A DNA stretch of 64,000 nt from Eledone cirrhosa (GCA_964016885.1 OZ024750.1:34472001-34536000); one strand, 5' to 3'; numbered from the stretch's first letter, positions 41,277 to 54,753 are shown. Notes: generated by a model from the sequence alone, not told the origin. Numbers and translations are program-made.

Positions 41277-41619
41277 CATTTCATTTTTCATTTCATTTTA
41301 CGTCCACTTTACCCTGCTTGCAAGGGTGGGACGGGAACTGATTCTGGCTTGATTTCTACAGCTGGATGCCCTTCCTAACACCAACCTCATTCACAGTGAG
41401 TGCTGGGTGCTTTTTTGCCGTGGCACCTTCACGACCACTTTGCAGTGGAATGATAGGGAACTCAGTCCTATCATCTCATTTCTACAGCTGAGTAAACTGG
41501 AGCAATGTGAAATAAAGTGTCTTGCTCAAGGAAACAACACATCACCCGGTCTGAGAATTGAACTCACAACCTTTCGATTGCAAGCCCAATGCTCTAACCA
41601 CTAAGCCATGTGCCTCCAT
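41277..41619 (-). mobile_element. SINE family A
   Basis: Reverse complement of family A. Confidence 0.88.
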
Positions 41620-41866
41620 ATATATATACACACACACACAATTGCTGGAAATAGATCTTAAATTGATGACCAATAACAACTAAATGACATATCAAATACT
41701 AGCTTATCATAACTAGAACACTTGTCAAACATAAAACTATGAATATATATTCACATAGTCTGATTACAAGCTTATATCTTTTGTTATAGTTATTACCAGT
41801 TTCCATGTCTTTACTGAGATATTGTGATAAACCTCTTTTAGTTTTTTTACTCATCTTTCTCTCTGA

Positions 41867-42447
41867 TCTATATATATATATAAAACTGAGGATGTCTGTC
41901 TGTGTGTGTGTGAGTGTGAATTCCTAAAACTAGAGAAGCACCCAACCAATTGTTTTCAAACTTTACACATGTAATACTTATGTTTCAAGGAGTGTTTTGA
42001 GCAAAAACAATTTCAGATTTTCAATGCCCTAGGGACCGCATGGCGATTTAGCGATCTCTCTCTATAATTCTTAGTCTTTCTCTTTTTAGATAGGTACATA
42101 CATATAATGTCGCGCCCTTATAATATTTGTCTGTATGTCTGGCTGTCTGCATTACGTCACTTCCTACAATTCGCTCTGCGTCCAGAAGAATGCGCCCTTA
42201 TAATATCTGTCTGTATGTCTGGCTGTCTGCTGCCTCCGGTTATTCTGCCACCCTTGCTCAAGACAAATCTCACACTCATTCCCCAAACAGTTGGTAAGTG
42301 CACACAACTTCTTCCTCACATTTTAAGCCACAGTGTTGCTTACTTATGTACCACCAGGCCCTTACTTCTTTGCCAGCCGTGGTTGTGGGGAATACTAAGC
42401 TTACCTAAGGCGGTTATATATATCACAATGCCGGGTACCACTGCTAG
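41867..42447 (+). mobile_element. Non-autonomous Helitron
   Basis: 5' A|TCTATATATATATAAAA with (TGTC/TG)n near the start; 3' GCCGGGTACCACTGCTAG|T. Confidence 0.65.
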
Positions 42448-44132
42448 TATGAAATATAATTAATTCTAAACTGGGAAAATGCTGAAGTGACCTACATTCC
42501 GCGGGCTCACATACATTCTCTGTGCGTGATTTAACTCAGCTCAGCCAATCAACGCCAGGGGAAGAGAATGTATCCCTACGCGTTCTGGGGGAGAAATAGC
42601 CCGCAAAGATTTGAAAAATCTAACTCTCGCAGCTTGACCATGCTAAGGTAAACACCACTTGTTCTTTTGCTCCGTAAGCACAAACAATATGTAACAACAC
42701 AACATTCCTACGGACCTGGCCAAACGCCTCAGCCAGTCGACCGTATTTTCTCTTGTAATCTTAATTGAATTATTTCTCTTGGCAGGCCAGCCTAATTCAC
42801 TTCTTAACCTTTGTTAATAAATTATGTAAAAACAAGCTAAAGTCGTTGTCGATATTCCTATCATATCTTTCTACCAAAGATGGTTCCTCGTGGCAACATT
42901 ACCAACTTCTAAATACCTTCTCTGCCAAAATGCCTTTTCCATTCTGTCTACGTGAGCCCTAATCTGCTCATAATAGTGAGAGATGGGGAGAGCAGGAGAG
43001 AGGGAGGTGGTGAGGATGGGTGTTTGGTTCTTATGTTTTCAGACTCTGTGTATATATTTCACTGACACACACTCTTGTATATAATTGTTTCTACTTTAGG
43101 CACAAGGCCAGCAATTACCACCCTCCCTCCCCTTCCCCAGTGCATTACTGGTGCTTTATTTTATCGACACTGTAAGGATGAAATGCTAAGTTAACTTCAA
43201 CGAGAGTTGAACCCAGAATGTAAAGGGCCATAACTCTATGCTGCAAAGTATGGTGTCTGACGCTCTACCGATACTGCCAATCAACTGTAATGATATTTTT
43301 CTTAGTTGTACTAATTGAACTTGGCTCGCTCAATAGAAAATTTAGTTATTTTTATTATACGTTGGTCAAACATACAGAAGAAAGTATTGGAAAGAACTAT
43401 AAATGAAGAGCAAGGACTATTTATAAAATACTCTCTCAGTTGTTTCTGTTTTGACTTAATTTTGTTCTTTCCTTAACCCTTTTTTTGCCAAACCTGGCTC
43501 TCATTTTATGAAATAAAGTCACCCATTTTAAAGGTTTCTACATCAAATTAAAATCTTCTAATATAATTTTATATAAAAACTATGTTAAGTTACTATCTTA
43601 CTAATGAAATAATTAGTAATTTAAGTAAATCCCTCAAAATTCTTCATTAATTAATTAAAAGAGTGTATTTCATTAGAAATATAACCAGGCAAGGGTTAAA
43701 AACCACTAATCACCTTTAATTTTGAATTCGTTATAGTTTTAGTTATTTTCTGCCTGTCTTGTATTCTATTTAAGTAATCAGCTTATCAGTTGCATTATCT
43801 ATAATATCGAGGCTTTACATTAGATTTTCTCTTTTTGTTTAATAGAATAACCGTATAATTGTAGATTTATATTTGGGAGGACATTCACCTTTGTTTTTCT
43901 GGATCGCTTCAGTTTTTATTTCACTATCTCTACTTTCATATTGTTATGCCGTATGAAATATTGGTATAGTTGGGGGGGGGGGCTACATTGAAAAAAGAAT
44001 GAAGTTAAATGAATAGTGCTTAATTGATTGCTTGGATTTTGTGAACATTATATATGTATATATAAATATATATGTATATATATATATATACATATGTATA
44101 TATATAGATATATGTATATATATAGATATATG

Positions 44133-44164
<32 letters not shown>

Positions 44165-44412
44165 TATGTATATATATATATATATATGTATATATATAGA
44201 TATATGTATATATATATGTATATATGTATATATATAGATATATGTATATATATATGTATATATGTATATATATATATGTATATATATGTATATATATGTA
44301 TATATATATATGTATATATATGTATATATATATATATATATAAATGTATATATATGTATATATATGTATATATATGTATATATATATATGTATATATATG
44401 TATATATATATG

Positions 44413-44443
<31 letters not shown>

Positions 44444-44476
44444 GTGTATATATATATATGTATATATATATATGTG

Positions 44477-44507
<31 letters not shown>

Positions 44508-44935
44508 GTATATATATGTATATATATATATGTATATGTATATATATATATGTATATGTATGTATATGTTTATATATGTATATATATGTATGTATATGTA
44601 TATATATGTATATATATATGTATATATATATGTATATATATATGTATATATATGTATATATATATATGTATATATATATGTATATATGTATATATATGTA
44701 TATGTATATATATATGTATATATGTATATATATGTATATGTATATGTATATATATATGTATATATATATGTATATATATGTATATGTATATATATATGTA
44801 ATGTATATGTATATATATATGTATATATATGTATATGTATATATATATGTATATATGTATATGTATATATATGTATATGTGTATATGTATATATATATAT
44901 ATGAATATATATGTATATGTATACAAATGTATATG

Positions 44936-44966
<31 letters not shown>

Positions 44967-45045
44967 GTATATATATATGTATATATATATGTATATAAAT
45001 ATATGTATATATATATATGTATATATATGTATATATATATATGTA

Positions 45046-45604
45046 AAGGTAACTATAGTAGGTAAAGTCAATTTTTTAAAATTTATTTTGAAACTTTTTC
45101 ATTATTTACTAAACCTTGTTTATATTTGTTCTGGCTCGTTAATTTATTAACCCGCCATTGAACCACACTGGCACTTGGTTGGACAATACATGCGTACCTT
45201 GGCGCCTTGTGCGTGAAAGGACGTATTTCATATTACTACTACCTCCACATACGTTGAGAACAAACCGGGTCATTCCGACTGCTGCTGATAACAGCGGTGG
45301 CTAGTTCGACCTACCTCCTTTTGCCTCTATCTTTACTACGGCCCTTGATAAACCTGTTCTACATCATCCACTCTCATCCCAGGAACAGTCTTTGATAGCG
45401 CTAGTTTGTGATTTAAATTCAGGAATTTTATATTCTTTGAATGAAAAGAACCTTCTGACGAGAATCTCTCTTTGCAACGAGGGCCGTATGGCCTACGTTT
45501 TATTTTGGGGATTCGAAACCGATCGGTAAAGGTAACTATAGTAGGTAAAGTCAATTTTTTAAAATTTATTTTGAAACTTTTTCATTATTTACTAAACCTT
45601 GTTT
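45046..45604 (+). mobile_element. Non-coding retrozyme-like / non-autonomous PLE element: 483-nt unit plus 76-nt terminal direct repeat
   Basis: 45046-45121 = 45529-45604; HHR at 45450-45533; inserted in TA-rich microsatellite. Confidence 0.8.
45450..45533 (+). ncRNA. Type I hammerhead ribozyme, intact core
   Basis: Stem I ACCTT/AAGGT; CTGACGA; stem II GAATCTC/GGGATTC; GAAA; palindromic stem III CCGATCGG; cleavage after GTA at 45528. Confidence 0.88.
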
Positions 45605-45679
45605 ATATATAGATATATGTATATATATATATGTATATATGTATATATATAGATATATGTATATATATATGTATATATG

Positions 45680-45712
<33 letters not shown>

Positions 45713-45753
45713 GTATATATATGTATATATATGTATATATATGTATATATATG

Positions 45754-45784
<31 letters not shown>

Positions 45785-46087
45785 GTATATGTATATATAT
45801 ATGTATATATGTATATATATATGTATATATGTATATATATGTATATGTATATGTATATATATATGTATTTATATATGTATATATATGTATATGTATATAT
45901 ATATGTATATATATGTATATGTATATATATATGTATATATATGTATATATATATGTATATATATATGTATATATATGTATATGTATATATATATGTATAT
46001 ATGTATATGTATATATATGTATATGTGTATATGTATATATATATATATATATATGAATATATATGTATATGTATACAAATGTATATG

Positions 46088-46120
<33 letters not shown>

Positions 46121-46340
46121 GTATATATATATGTATATATATATATATGTATATAAATATATGTATATATATATATGTATATATATATGTATATATATAT
46201 ATATGTATATGTATGTATATATATATATGTATATATATATGTATATATGTATATATATATATATGTATATGTATGTGTATATATATATGTATATATATAT
46301 ATGTATATATGTATATATATATGTATATATATATATATAC

Positions 46341-46385
<45 letters not shown>

Positions 46386-46451
46386 GATATATGTATATAT
46401 ATATGTATATATGTATATATATATATATATGTATATATATATGTATATATG

Positions 46452-46482
<31 letters not shown>

Positions 46483-46863
46483 GTATATATATGTATATAT
46501 ATATATGTATATATATGTATATGTATATATATATGTATATATATGTATATATATATATATATATGTATATGTATATATATATGTATATATGTATATATAT
46601 ATGTATATATGTATATATATGTATATGTATATGTATATATATATGTATTTATATATGTATATATATGTATATGTATATATATATGTATATATATGTATAT
46701 GTATATATATATGTATATATATGTATATATATATGTATATATATATGTATATATATGTATATGTATATATATATGTATATATGTATATGTATATATATGT
46801 ATATGTGTATATGTATATATATATATATATGAATATATATGTATATGTATATAAATGTATATG

Positions 46864-46896
<33 letters not shown>

Positions 46897-47089
46897 GTAT
46901 ATATATATGTATATATATATATGTATATAAATATATGTATATATATATATGTATATATATATGTATATATATATATATATGTATATGTATGTATATATAT
47001 ATATGTATATATATATGTATATATGTATATATATATATATATGTATATGTATGTGTATATATATATGTATATATATGTATGTATATATG

Positions 47090-47121
<32 letters not shown>

Positions 47122-47357
47122 TATGTATATATATATATATATATGTGTGTATATATATAGATATATGTATATATATATGTATATATGTATATATATAGAT
47201 ATATGTATATATATATGTATATATGTATATATATATATGTATATATATATATGTATATATATGTATATATATATATGTATATATATGTATATGTATATAT
47301 ATATGTATATATATGTATATATATATATATGTATATATATGTATATGTATATATATA

Positions 47358-47390
<33 letters not shown>

Positions 47391-47639
47391 ATATATGTAT
47401 ATGTATATGTATATATATATGTATTTATATATGTATATATATGTATATGTATATATATATGTATATATATGTATATGTATATATATATGTATATATATGT
47501 ATATATATATGTATATATATATGTATATATATGTATATGTATATATATATGTATATATGTATATGTATATATATGTATATGTGTATATGTATATATATAT
47601 ATATATGAATATATATGTATATGTATACAAATGTATATG

Positions 47640-47670
<31 letters not shown>

Positions 47671-47891
47671 GTATATATATATGTATATATATATATATGT
47701 ATATATATATATGTATATATATATATGTATATATATATGTATATATATATATATGTATATGTATGTATATATATATATGTATATATATATGTATATATGT
47801 ATATATATATATATATGTATATGTATGTGTATATATATATGTATATATATATGTATATATGTATATATATATGTATATATATATACATATG

Positions 47892-47923
<32 letters not shown>

Positions 47924-47989
47924 GATATATGTATATATATATGTATATATGTATATATATAGATATATGTATATATATATGTATATATG

Positions 47990-48038
<49 letters not shown>

Positions 48039-48138
48039 GTATATATATGTATATATATATATATATAAATGTATATATATGTATATATATGTATATATAT
48101 GTATATATATATATGTATATATATGCATATATGCTATG

Positions 48139-48173
<35 letters not shown>

Positions 48174-48206
48174 GTGTATATATAGATATGTATATATATA
48201 TATGTG

Positions 48207-48239
<33 letters not shown>

Positions 48240-48344
48240 GTATATATATGTATATATATATATGTATATGTATATATATATATGTATATGTATGTATATG
48301 TTTATATATGTATATATATGTATGTATATGTATGTATATATATG

Positions 48345-48377
<33 letters not shown>

Positions 48378-48534
48378 GTTGTTATACTTTGGGAGGGTCA
48401 TGTTGCCAGTAAGAAACACACGCACCAGTTGCTTTCACTTCAATTTAATTTATTATATATTTATAAATTTACAAATTTATAAATTTCTGGTTGGTTGGTT
48501 GGTTCCACAACCAGATAGTTGTTTATATATATAT

Positions 48535-48579
48535 AGTCATAGTTCTTTCGTCACACACTCTGTGACCTCTTCAGTGACT
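48535..48579 (-). ncRNA. Minimal hammerhead ribozyme (inverted-arm copy)
   Basis: Reverse complement of 52978-53022. Confidence 0.75.
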
Positions 48580-48884
48580 GGGGATTTCTTTCTTCGTTTC
48601 TGTGCCTTTCCTTTCTTCTATCCTACGCCATTTTGTTTGTGTGTGGGTTGCGTGCTCAGTTTGCGCATGCGCCACATCCGGGTGTCTGTGTGTGTTTGTG
48701 TTCATTTTTCTATTTTTCTATTTATATTTTTCTATTTGTTTGATTATTTATTTATTTATTGTTGGTTGGTTGTTTGTTCTATGTGTGTGTGTGTTTTCAT
48801 TTTGTCTTGTGTGTGTTTTCATTTTGTGTGTGTTTTCAATTGTAAGTTGTTTGTTCTATGTGTGTGTGTGTTTTCATTTTGTCC

Positions 48885-50429
48885 TTAATTGTAAGTTGTG
48901 ATGTTGCTGTTCCACTCATATTTTCTATTTAATTTTGGTTTTAATTCTTTTATGCTTACTGCCTCTGTAATTTGCCTAAACATTGCGTCTTTCTTGTGTG
49001 TGGATTCTATTTTTATTTCTATGCTCTCTAATTTACCCCAGTGTTCTATCTTAGCATGTTGGTAGAGCACAGATGATTCTTTATTATCTTGGAGGTCTCG
49101 CCAGTGTTCATTTATTCGTTCCCCTATACTACGAGCTGTCTCACCTATGTACACTATATTTTTGTTTCTACATTGTCCTTCAGTACATCTTATGCTATAT
49201 ACTACATTACTAGTTTTACAGTTAATATGGGGGCTTATTTTATAGGTTATACATTTCTTATCTATACATGAGGGTCTTTGGAACGGGTATGTCTTGCTAA
49301 TAAGTGTTTTTACGGAGGTACCAGGTCTTTCTACTATCTTAATATTGAGATTATGTTTCTTTAGGGCCCTTCTAAATTTGTTAGCTAGTTCGCCTCTAGG
49401 GGTTGTATTGATGAACATTACACTCTGGTATTTATTGCTATCATACCATGAGTTTATTCTATTGGCCTTGTTCTTAGTTCTTTCTATTCTATTCCAAAAT
49501 TTGCTCCTATACAAGGGGCAGGTCCCATTTATGTCATTATTTACCATTTTTTCCCATTTGGTTCTGGCTCCTTTATACACTCTGATTCTATCTCTCTGAT
49601 TGTAGCCAGAGAACTGCATACGGTGGATGAAGTGTTGTATGTGTCTCTCTAGTTCTTCGGGGTTGCACATGCGGGACACATTTCTCATCACCCGTACCAA
49701 ATCCGCAATCAGTATGTTGATTTTGGTATGGTCCGAAATGGCCGAGTTTCGGTGGATCAGGTGTTTGGAAGTCATGGGTTTGGCATAATGGGAATGGAGG
49801 ATTTGTTTTGGTTGTTAATTGTATCTAACCAGAGCTCTGTGTCTAGTACAGGTAATCGATGGTGGTGTCTACTTGGGTAGTCTATAGTAACTCTAATGCT
49901 CTGGTGGATGGAGTTTGCTATTTGCTGGATGCTTTCCATTGTGTTTTTCTCTAGTTCCTGACTGTTCTTTAGTGGGGGTGTCTTAACTACGATGTTTATA
50001 TCATCTACGTAGCGGGAGTACATTATCAGGGTTAAGCTGTCTTCTAATTGTTCATTAAGTTTTTGTTTAAGTCTACTGTCCCACCATACAATGAATAAGT
50101 TAGCTATGTCGCCTGTAATGCTAACACCAATGGCTGCTCCTTCCTCTTGGGCATATGTTTTACCATTAAATTTGAACATATGTTCCTTAAGGGTTAATTT
50201 TATGCTGGCCCCCCCTACCGCATGTGCAATCATTTTCTTCAGTTCATCGTGGTTTTCGGGTGTCCGTATGGCTCTGGTCCACCCGTTCCATCTATCTGTG
50301 TGGGTTTTCTTGGCCATTGAGGTAATGGTAGGTGGTCTGCCTCTTGCTGGTCTTGTAGGGCACAGGTTGCTAAGGTCATAAGTGTCTAGGTAACTATTAC
50401 TATGGGTAAGCTTAAGTAGAAGTCCCAGC
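48885..50429 (-). pseudogene. Inverted partial PLE ORF (RT C-terminal part plus GIY-YIG)
   Basis: ORFs 49772-50317 and 48885-49775 are near-identical to the plus-strand ORFs. Confidence 0.9.
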
Positions 50430-51783
50430 CGAACTTAGAAATTTTATAGAACAGTATAGAAAGAAGCATAATAGAATAGAGGCCCAGCAACTGGGAGAAG
50501 AATCTGCAAATGGCTTGCGTAAGCTCATGCAGCGCTCGCGTAATGGAGAGATAGCATGCTTTCCAACAGACAAGTCTGGCAGAATGTCGGTTGACAGCCT
50601 GCCAAACTACATCCAGGCAATGCAACCCCACATCACTAACACAAGAGAGGTAACACCACAGGAGCATGAGGATAGTGAAAAAACCCTCAATGCCCATATG
50701 GTGATGTGGACAAATATAATGCAGCCCAACAAAAGGACTGCCAACAACTTCCAGGCCTGGAACAATGACGTGCCAGCGTTGTATGGGCTTCGAAAAGACC
50801 ATAAAACGGGCTGGGACCCTGTCGCGGGACCACCAACACGGCCAGTCTGTTGGGCTAACATTGCTAGTAACTACAGACTGTCCTACTTCCTCTCCCTGAT
50901 CATACGCCCCGTCATTGAGATGTCCCCAGATGTGTGTCACAGCACGGAGGACCTCCTCAGCAGAATCGGCGCGGGTAACCGATCTGGGGACCTAACAAAC
51001 TGCATAATAGGCAGTATGGATGTTGTGTCCCTGTATCCATCTATTGACGTGCATTTTGCTGTGGAGAAATGCGTCGAAATGATCAGCGAGAGCAAGGTTG
51101 AGTTCCGTGGGATTGATACCAGTGAGCTGGGACTTCTACTTAAGCTTACCCATAGTAATAGTTACCTAGACACTTATGACCTTAGCAACCTGTGCCCTAC
51201 AAGACCAGCAAGAGGCAGACCACCTACCATTACCTCAATGGCCAAGAAAACCCACACAGATAGATGGAACGGGTGGACCAGAGCCATACGGACACCCGAA
51301 AACCACGATGAACTGAAGAAAATGATTGCACATGCGGTAGGGGCCAGCATAAAATTAACCCTTAAGGAACATATGTTCAAATTTAATGGTAAAACATATG
51401 CCCAAGAGGAAGGAGCAGCCATTGGTGTTAGCATTGCAGGCGACATAGCTAACTTATTCATGGTATGGTGGGACAGTAGACTTAAACAAAAACTTAATGA
51501 ACAATTAGAAGACAGCTTAACCCTGATAATGTACTCCCGCTACGTAGATGATATAAACATCGTAGTTAAGACACCCCCACTAAAGAACAGTCAGGAACTA
51601 GAGAAAAACACAATGGAAAGCATCCAGCAAATAGCAAACTCCATCCACCAGAGCATTAGAGTTACTATAGACTACCCAAGTAGACACCCCAACCATCGAT
51701 TACCTGTACTAGACACAGAGCTCTGGTTAGATACAATTAACAACCAAAACAAATCCTCCATTCCCATTATGCCAAACCCATGA
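50428..51783 (+). CDS. PLE reverse transcriptase (5'-truncated; frame open from ~50428)
   Basis: TDKSG, PTRPV, GSMDVVSLYPSID, YAQEEGAAIG, YSRYVDD, LPVLDTELW motifs. Confidence 0.88.
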   Translation, partial: AELRNFIEQYRKKHNRIEAQQLGEESANGLRKLMQRSRNGEIACFPTDKSGRMSVDSLPNYIQAMQPHITNTREVTPQEHEDSEKTLNAHMVMWTNIMQPNKRTANNFQAWNNDVPALYGLRKDHKTGWDPVAGPPTRPVCWANIASNYRLSYFLSLIIRPVIEMSPDVCHSTEDLLSRIGAGNRSGDLTNCIIGSMDVVSLYPSIDVHFAVEKCVEMISESKVEFRGIDTSELGLLLKLTHSNSYLDTYDLSNLCPTRPARGRPPTITSMAKKTHTDRWNGWTRAIRTPENHDELKKMIAHAVGASIKLTLKEHMFKFNGKTYAQEEGAAIGVSIAGDIANLFMVWWDSRLKQKLNEQLEDSLTLIMYSRYVDDINIVVKTPPLKNSQELEKNTMESIQQIANSIHQSIRVTIDYPSRHPNHRLPVLDTELWLDTINNQNKSSIPIMPNP

Positions 51784-52673
51784 CTTCCAAACACCTGATC
51801 CACCGAAACTCGGCCATTTCGGACCATACCAAAATCAACATACTGATTGCGGATTTGGTACGGGTGATGAGAAATGTGTCCCGCATGTGCAACCCCGAAG
51901 AACTAGAGAGACACATACAACACTTCATCCACCGTATGCAGTTCTCTGGCTACAATCAGAGAGATAGAATCAGAGTGTATAAAGGAGCCAGAACCAAATG
52001 GGAAAAAATGGTAAATAATGACATAAATGGGACCTGCCCCTTGTATAGGAGCAAATTTTGGAATAGACTAGAAAGAACTAAGAACAAGGCCAATAGAATA
52101 AACTCATGGTATGATAGCAATAAATACCAGAGTGTAATGTTCATCAATACAACCCCTAGAGGCGAACTAGCCTACAAATTTAGAAGGGCCCTAAAGAAAC
52201 ATAATCTCAATATTAAGATAGTAGAAAGACCTGGTACCTCCGTAAAAACACTTATTAGCAAGACAAACCCGTTCCAAAGACCCTCATGTATAGATAAGAA
52301 ATGTATAACCTGTAAAATAAGCCCCCATATTAACTGTAAAACTAGAAATGTAGTATATAGCATGAGATGTACTGAAGGACAATGTAGAAACAAAAAAAAT
52401 ATAGTGTACATAGGTGAGACAGCTCGTAGTATAGGGGAACGAATAAATGAACACTGGCGATACCTCCAAGATAATAAAGAATCATCTGTGCTCTACCAAC
52501 ATGCTAAGATAGAACACAGGGGTAAATTAGAGAGCATAGAAATAAAAATAGAATCCACACACAAGAAAGACGCAATGTTTAGGCAAATTACAGAGGCAGT
52601 AAGCATAAAAGAATTAAAACCAAAATTAAATAGAAAATATGAGTGGAACAGCAACATCACAACTTACAATTAA
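51780..52673 (+). CDS. PLE thumb / Cys-rich linker / GIY-YIG endonuclease (continues RT across a 1-nt frameshift at ~51748)
   Basis: C-x4-C-x2-C linker, NVVYSMRC...VYIGETARSIGERINEH, RQITEAVSI, LNRKYEW. Confidence 0.88.
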   Translation: MTSKHLIHRNSAISDHTKINILIADLVRVMRNVSRMCNPEELERHIQHFIHRMQFSGYNQRDRIRVYKGARTKWEKMVNNDINGTCPLYRSKFWNRLERTKNKANRINSWYDSNKYQSVMFINTTPRGELAYKFRRALKKHNLNIKIVERPGTSVKTLISKTNPFQRPSCIDKKCITCKISPHINCKTRNVVYSMRCTEGQCRNKKNIVYIGETARSIGERINEHWRYLQDNKESSVLYQHAKIEHRGKLESIEIKIESTHKKDAMFRQITEAVSIKELKPKLNRKYEWNSNITTYN

Positions 52674-52977
52674 GGACAAAATGAAAACACACACACACAT
52701 ATATAAACAACTTACAATTGAAAACACACACAAAATGAAAACACACACAAGACAAAATGAAAACACACACACACATAGAACAAACAACCAACCAACAATA
52801 AATAAATAAATAAACAAACAAATAGAAAAATATAAATAGAAAAATAGTAAAATGAACACAAACACACACAGACACCCGGATGTGGCGCATGCGCAAACTG
52901 AGCACGCAACCCACACACAAACAAAATGGCGTAGGATAGAAGAAAGGAAAGGCACAGAAACGAAGAAAGAAATCCCC

Positions 52978-53022
52978 AGTCACTGAAGAGGTCACAGAGT
53001 GTGTGACGAAAGAACTATGACT
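52978..53022 (+). ncRNA. Minimal type I hammerhead ribozyme in the PLE 3' region
   Basis: AGTCA-CTGAAGA-G-GTCACA GAGTG TGTGAC-GAAA-GAAC-TA-TGACT. Confidence 0.78.
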
Positions 53023-53240
53023 ATATATATATAAACATCTATCTGGTTGTGGAACCAACCAACCAACCAGAAATTTATAAATTTGTAAATTTATAAATAT
53101 ATAATAAATTAAATTGAAGTGAAAGCAACTGGTGCGTGTGTTTCTTATTGGCAACATGACCCTCCCAAAGTATAACAATATCGGTTTCAACACACGATTT
53201 CAGATAAAGAACCTTGCTAAACAAATTCAGAAACGAAATA

Positions 53241-53514
53241 TATATATATGTATATATATGTATATATATATATGTATATATATATGTATATATGTATATA
53301 TATGTATATGTATATGTATATATATATGTATATATATATGTATATATATGTATATGTATATATATATGTATATATATGTATATGTATATATATATGTATA
53401 TATATGTATATATATATGTATATATAAATGTATATATATGTATATGTATATATATATATGTATATATGTATATGTATATATATGTATATGTGTATATGTA
53501 TATATATATATATT

Positions 53515-53561
<47 letters not shown>

Positions 53562-54104
53562 GTATATATATATGTATATATATATATATGTATATAAATA
53601 TATGTATATATATATATATGTATATATATGTATATATATATATATGTATATGTATGTATATATATATATGTATATATATATGTATATATGTATATATATA
53701 TATATATATGTATGTATATATATGTATATATATATATGTATATATGTATATATATATGTATATATATATGTGTATATATATATATGTATATATATATATG
53801 TATATGTATGTATATATATATATGTATATATATATATGTATATATGTATATATATATATATGTATATATATATGTGTATATATATATATGTATATATATA
53901 TATGTATATATATATATGTATATATATATATATGTATATATATATATGTATATATATATGTATATGTATATATATATGTATATGTATATATATATATGTA
54001 TATATATATGTATATGTATATATATATATGTATATATATATATGTATATGTATATATATATATATGTGTATATATATGTATATATATATGTATATATGTA
54101 TATG

Positions 54105-54135
<31 letters not shown>

Positions 54136-54360
54136 GTATATGTATATGTATATATATATATGTATATATATATATATGTATATATATATATCTATATATA
54201 TATATGTATATATATGTATATATATATATGTATATATATATGTATAGATATATATATGTATAGATATATATATGTATATATATATATATCTATATATATA
54301 TATGTATATATATATATGTATATGTATATATGTATATATATATATGTGTATATATATATG

Positions 54361-54391
<31 letters not shown>

Positions 54392-54507
54392 GTATATATA
54401 TATATGTATATATATATGTATATATATATATGTGTATATATATATATGTGTATATGTATATATGTATATATATATATGTATATATATATGTATATATATA
54501 TATATGC

Positions 54508-54558
<51 letters not shown>

Positions 54559-54667
54559 TGCATATATATATATATATATGTATATATGTATATATATATG
54601 TATATATATGTATATATATATGTATATATATGTATATATATGTATATATATATATACATATATATAC

Positions 54668-54716
<49 letters not shown>

Positions 54717-54721
54717 TATAC

Positions 54722-54753
<32 letters not shown>

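Larger units (their letters stand above)
44048..48378. repeat. Very long (TA)n/(TATG)n microsatellite with higher-order duplication
   Basis: Rare markers (GAATATATATG..ACAAATG, TATAAATA) recur at ~44900, 46055, 46830, 47605. Confidence 0.95.
48379..53240 (+). mobile_element. Penelope-like element (EN+; Nematis/Neptune-like), 5'-truncated, with 2.05-kb inverted 5' arm
   Basis: 48379-50429 is the reverse complement of 51126-53178; RT and GIY-YIG ORFs; HHR in the 3' region; 62-nt tail. Confidence 0.93.

Noticed and set aside
43983-48888. Very long ORFs (up to 940 aa) rich in Y/I/H/T/M/C/V
   Set aside because: Translations of TA/TATG microsatellite that lack stop codons by composition; the same applies to ORFs at 69-441, 20073-21533, 31939-32391, 53132-55007, 57086-57786 and 63448-63853.
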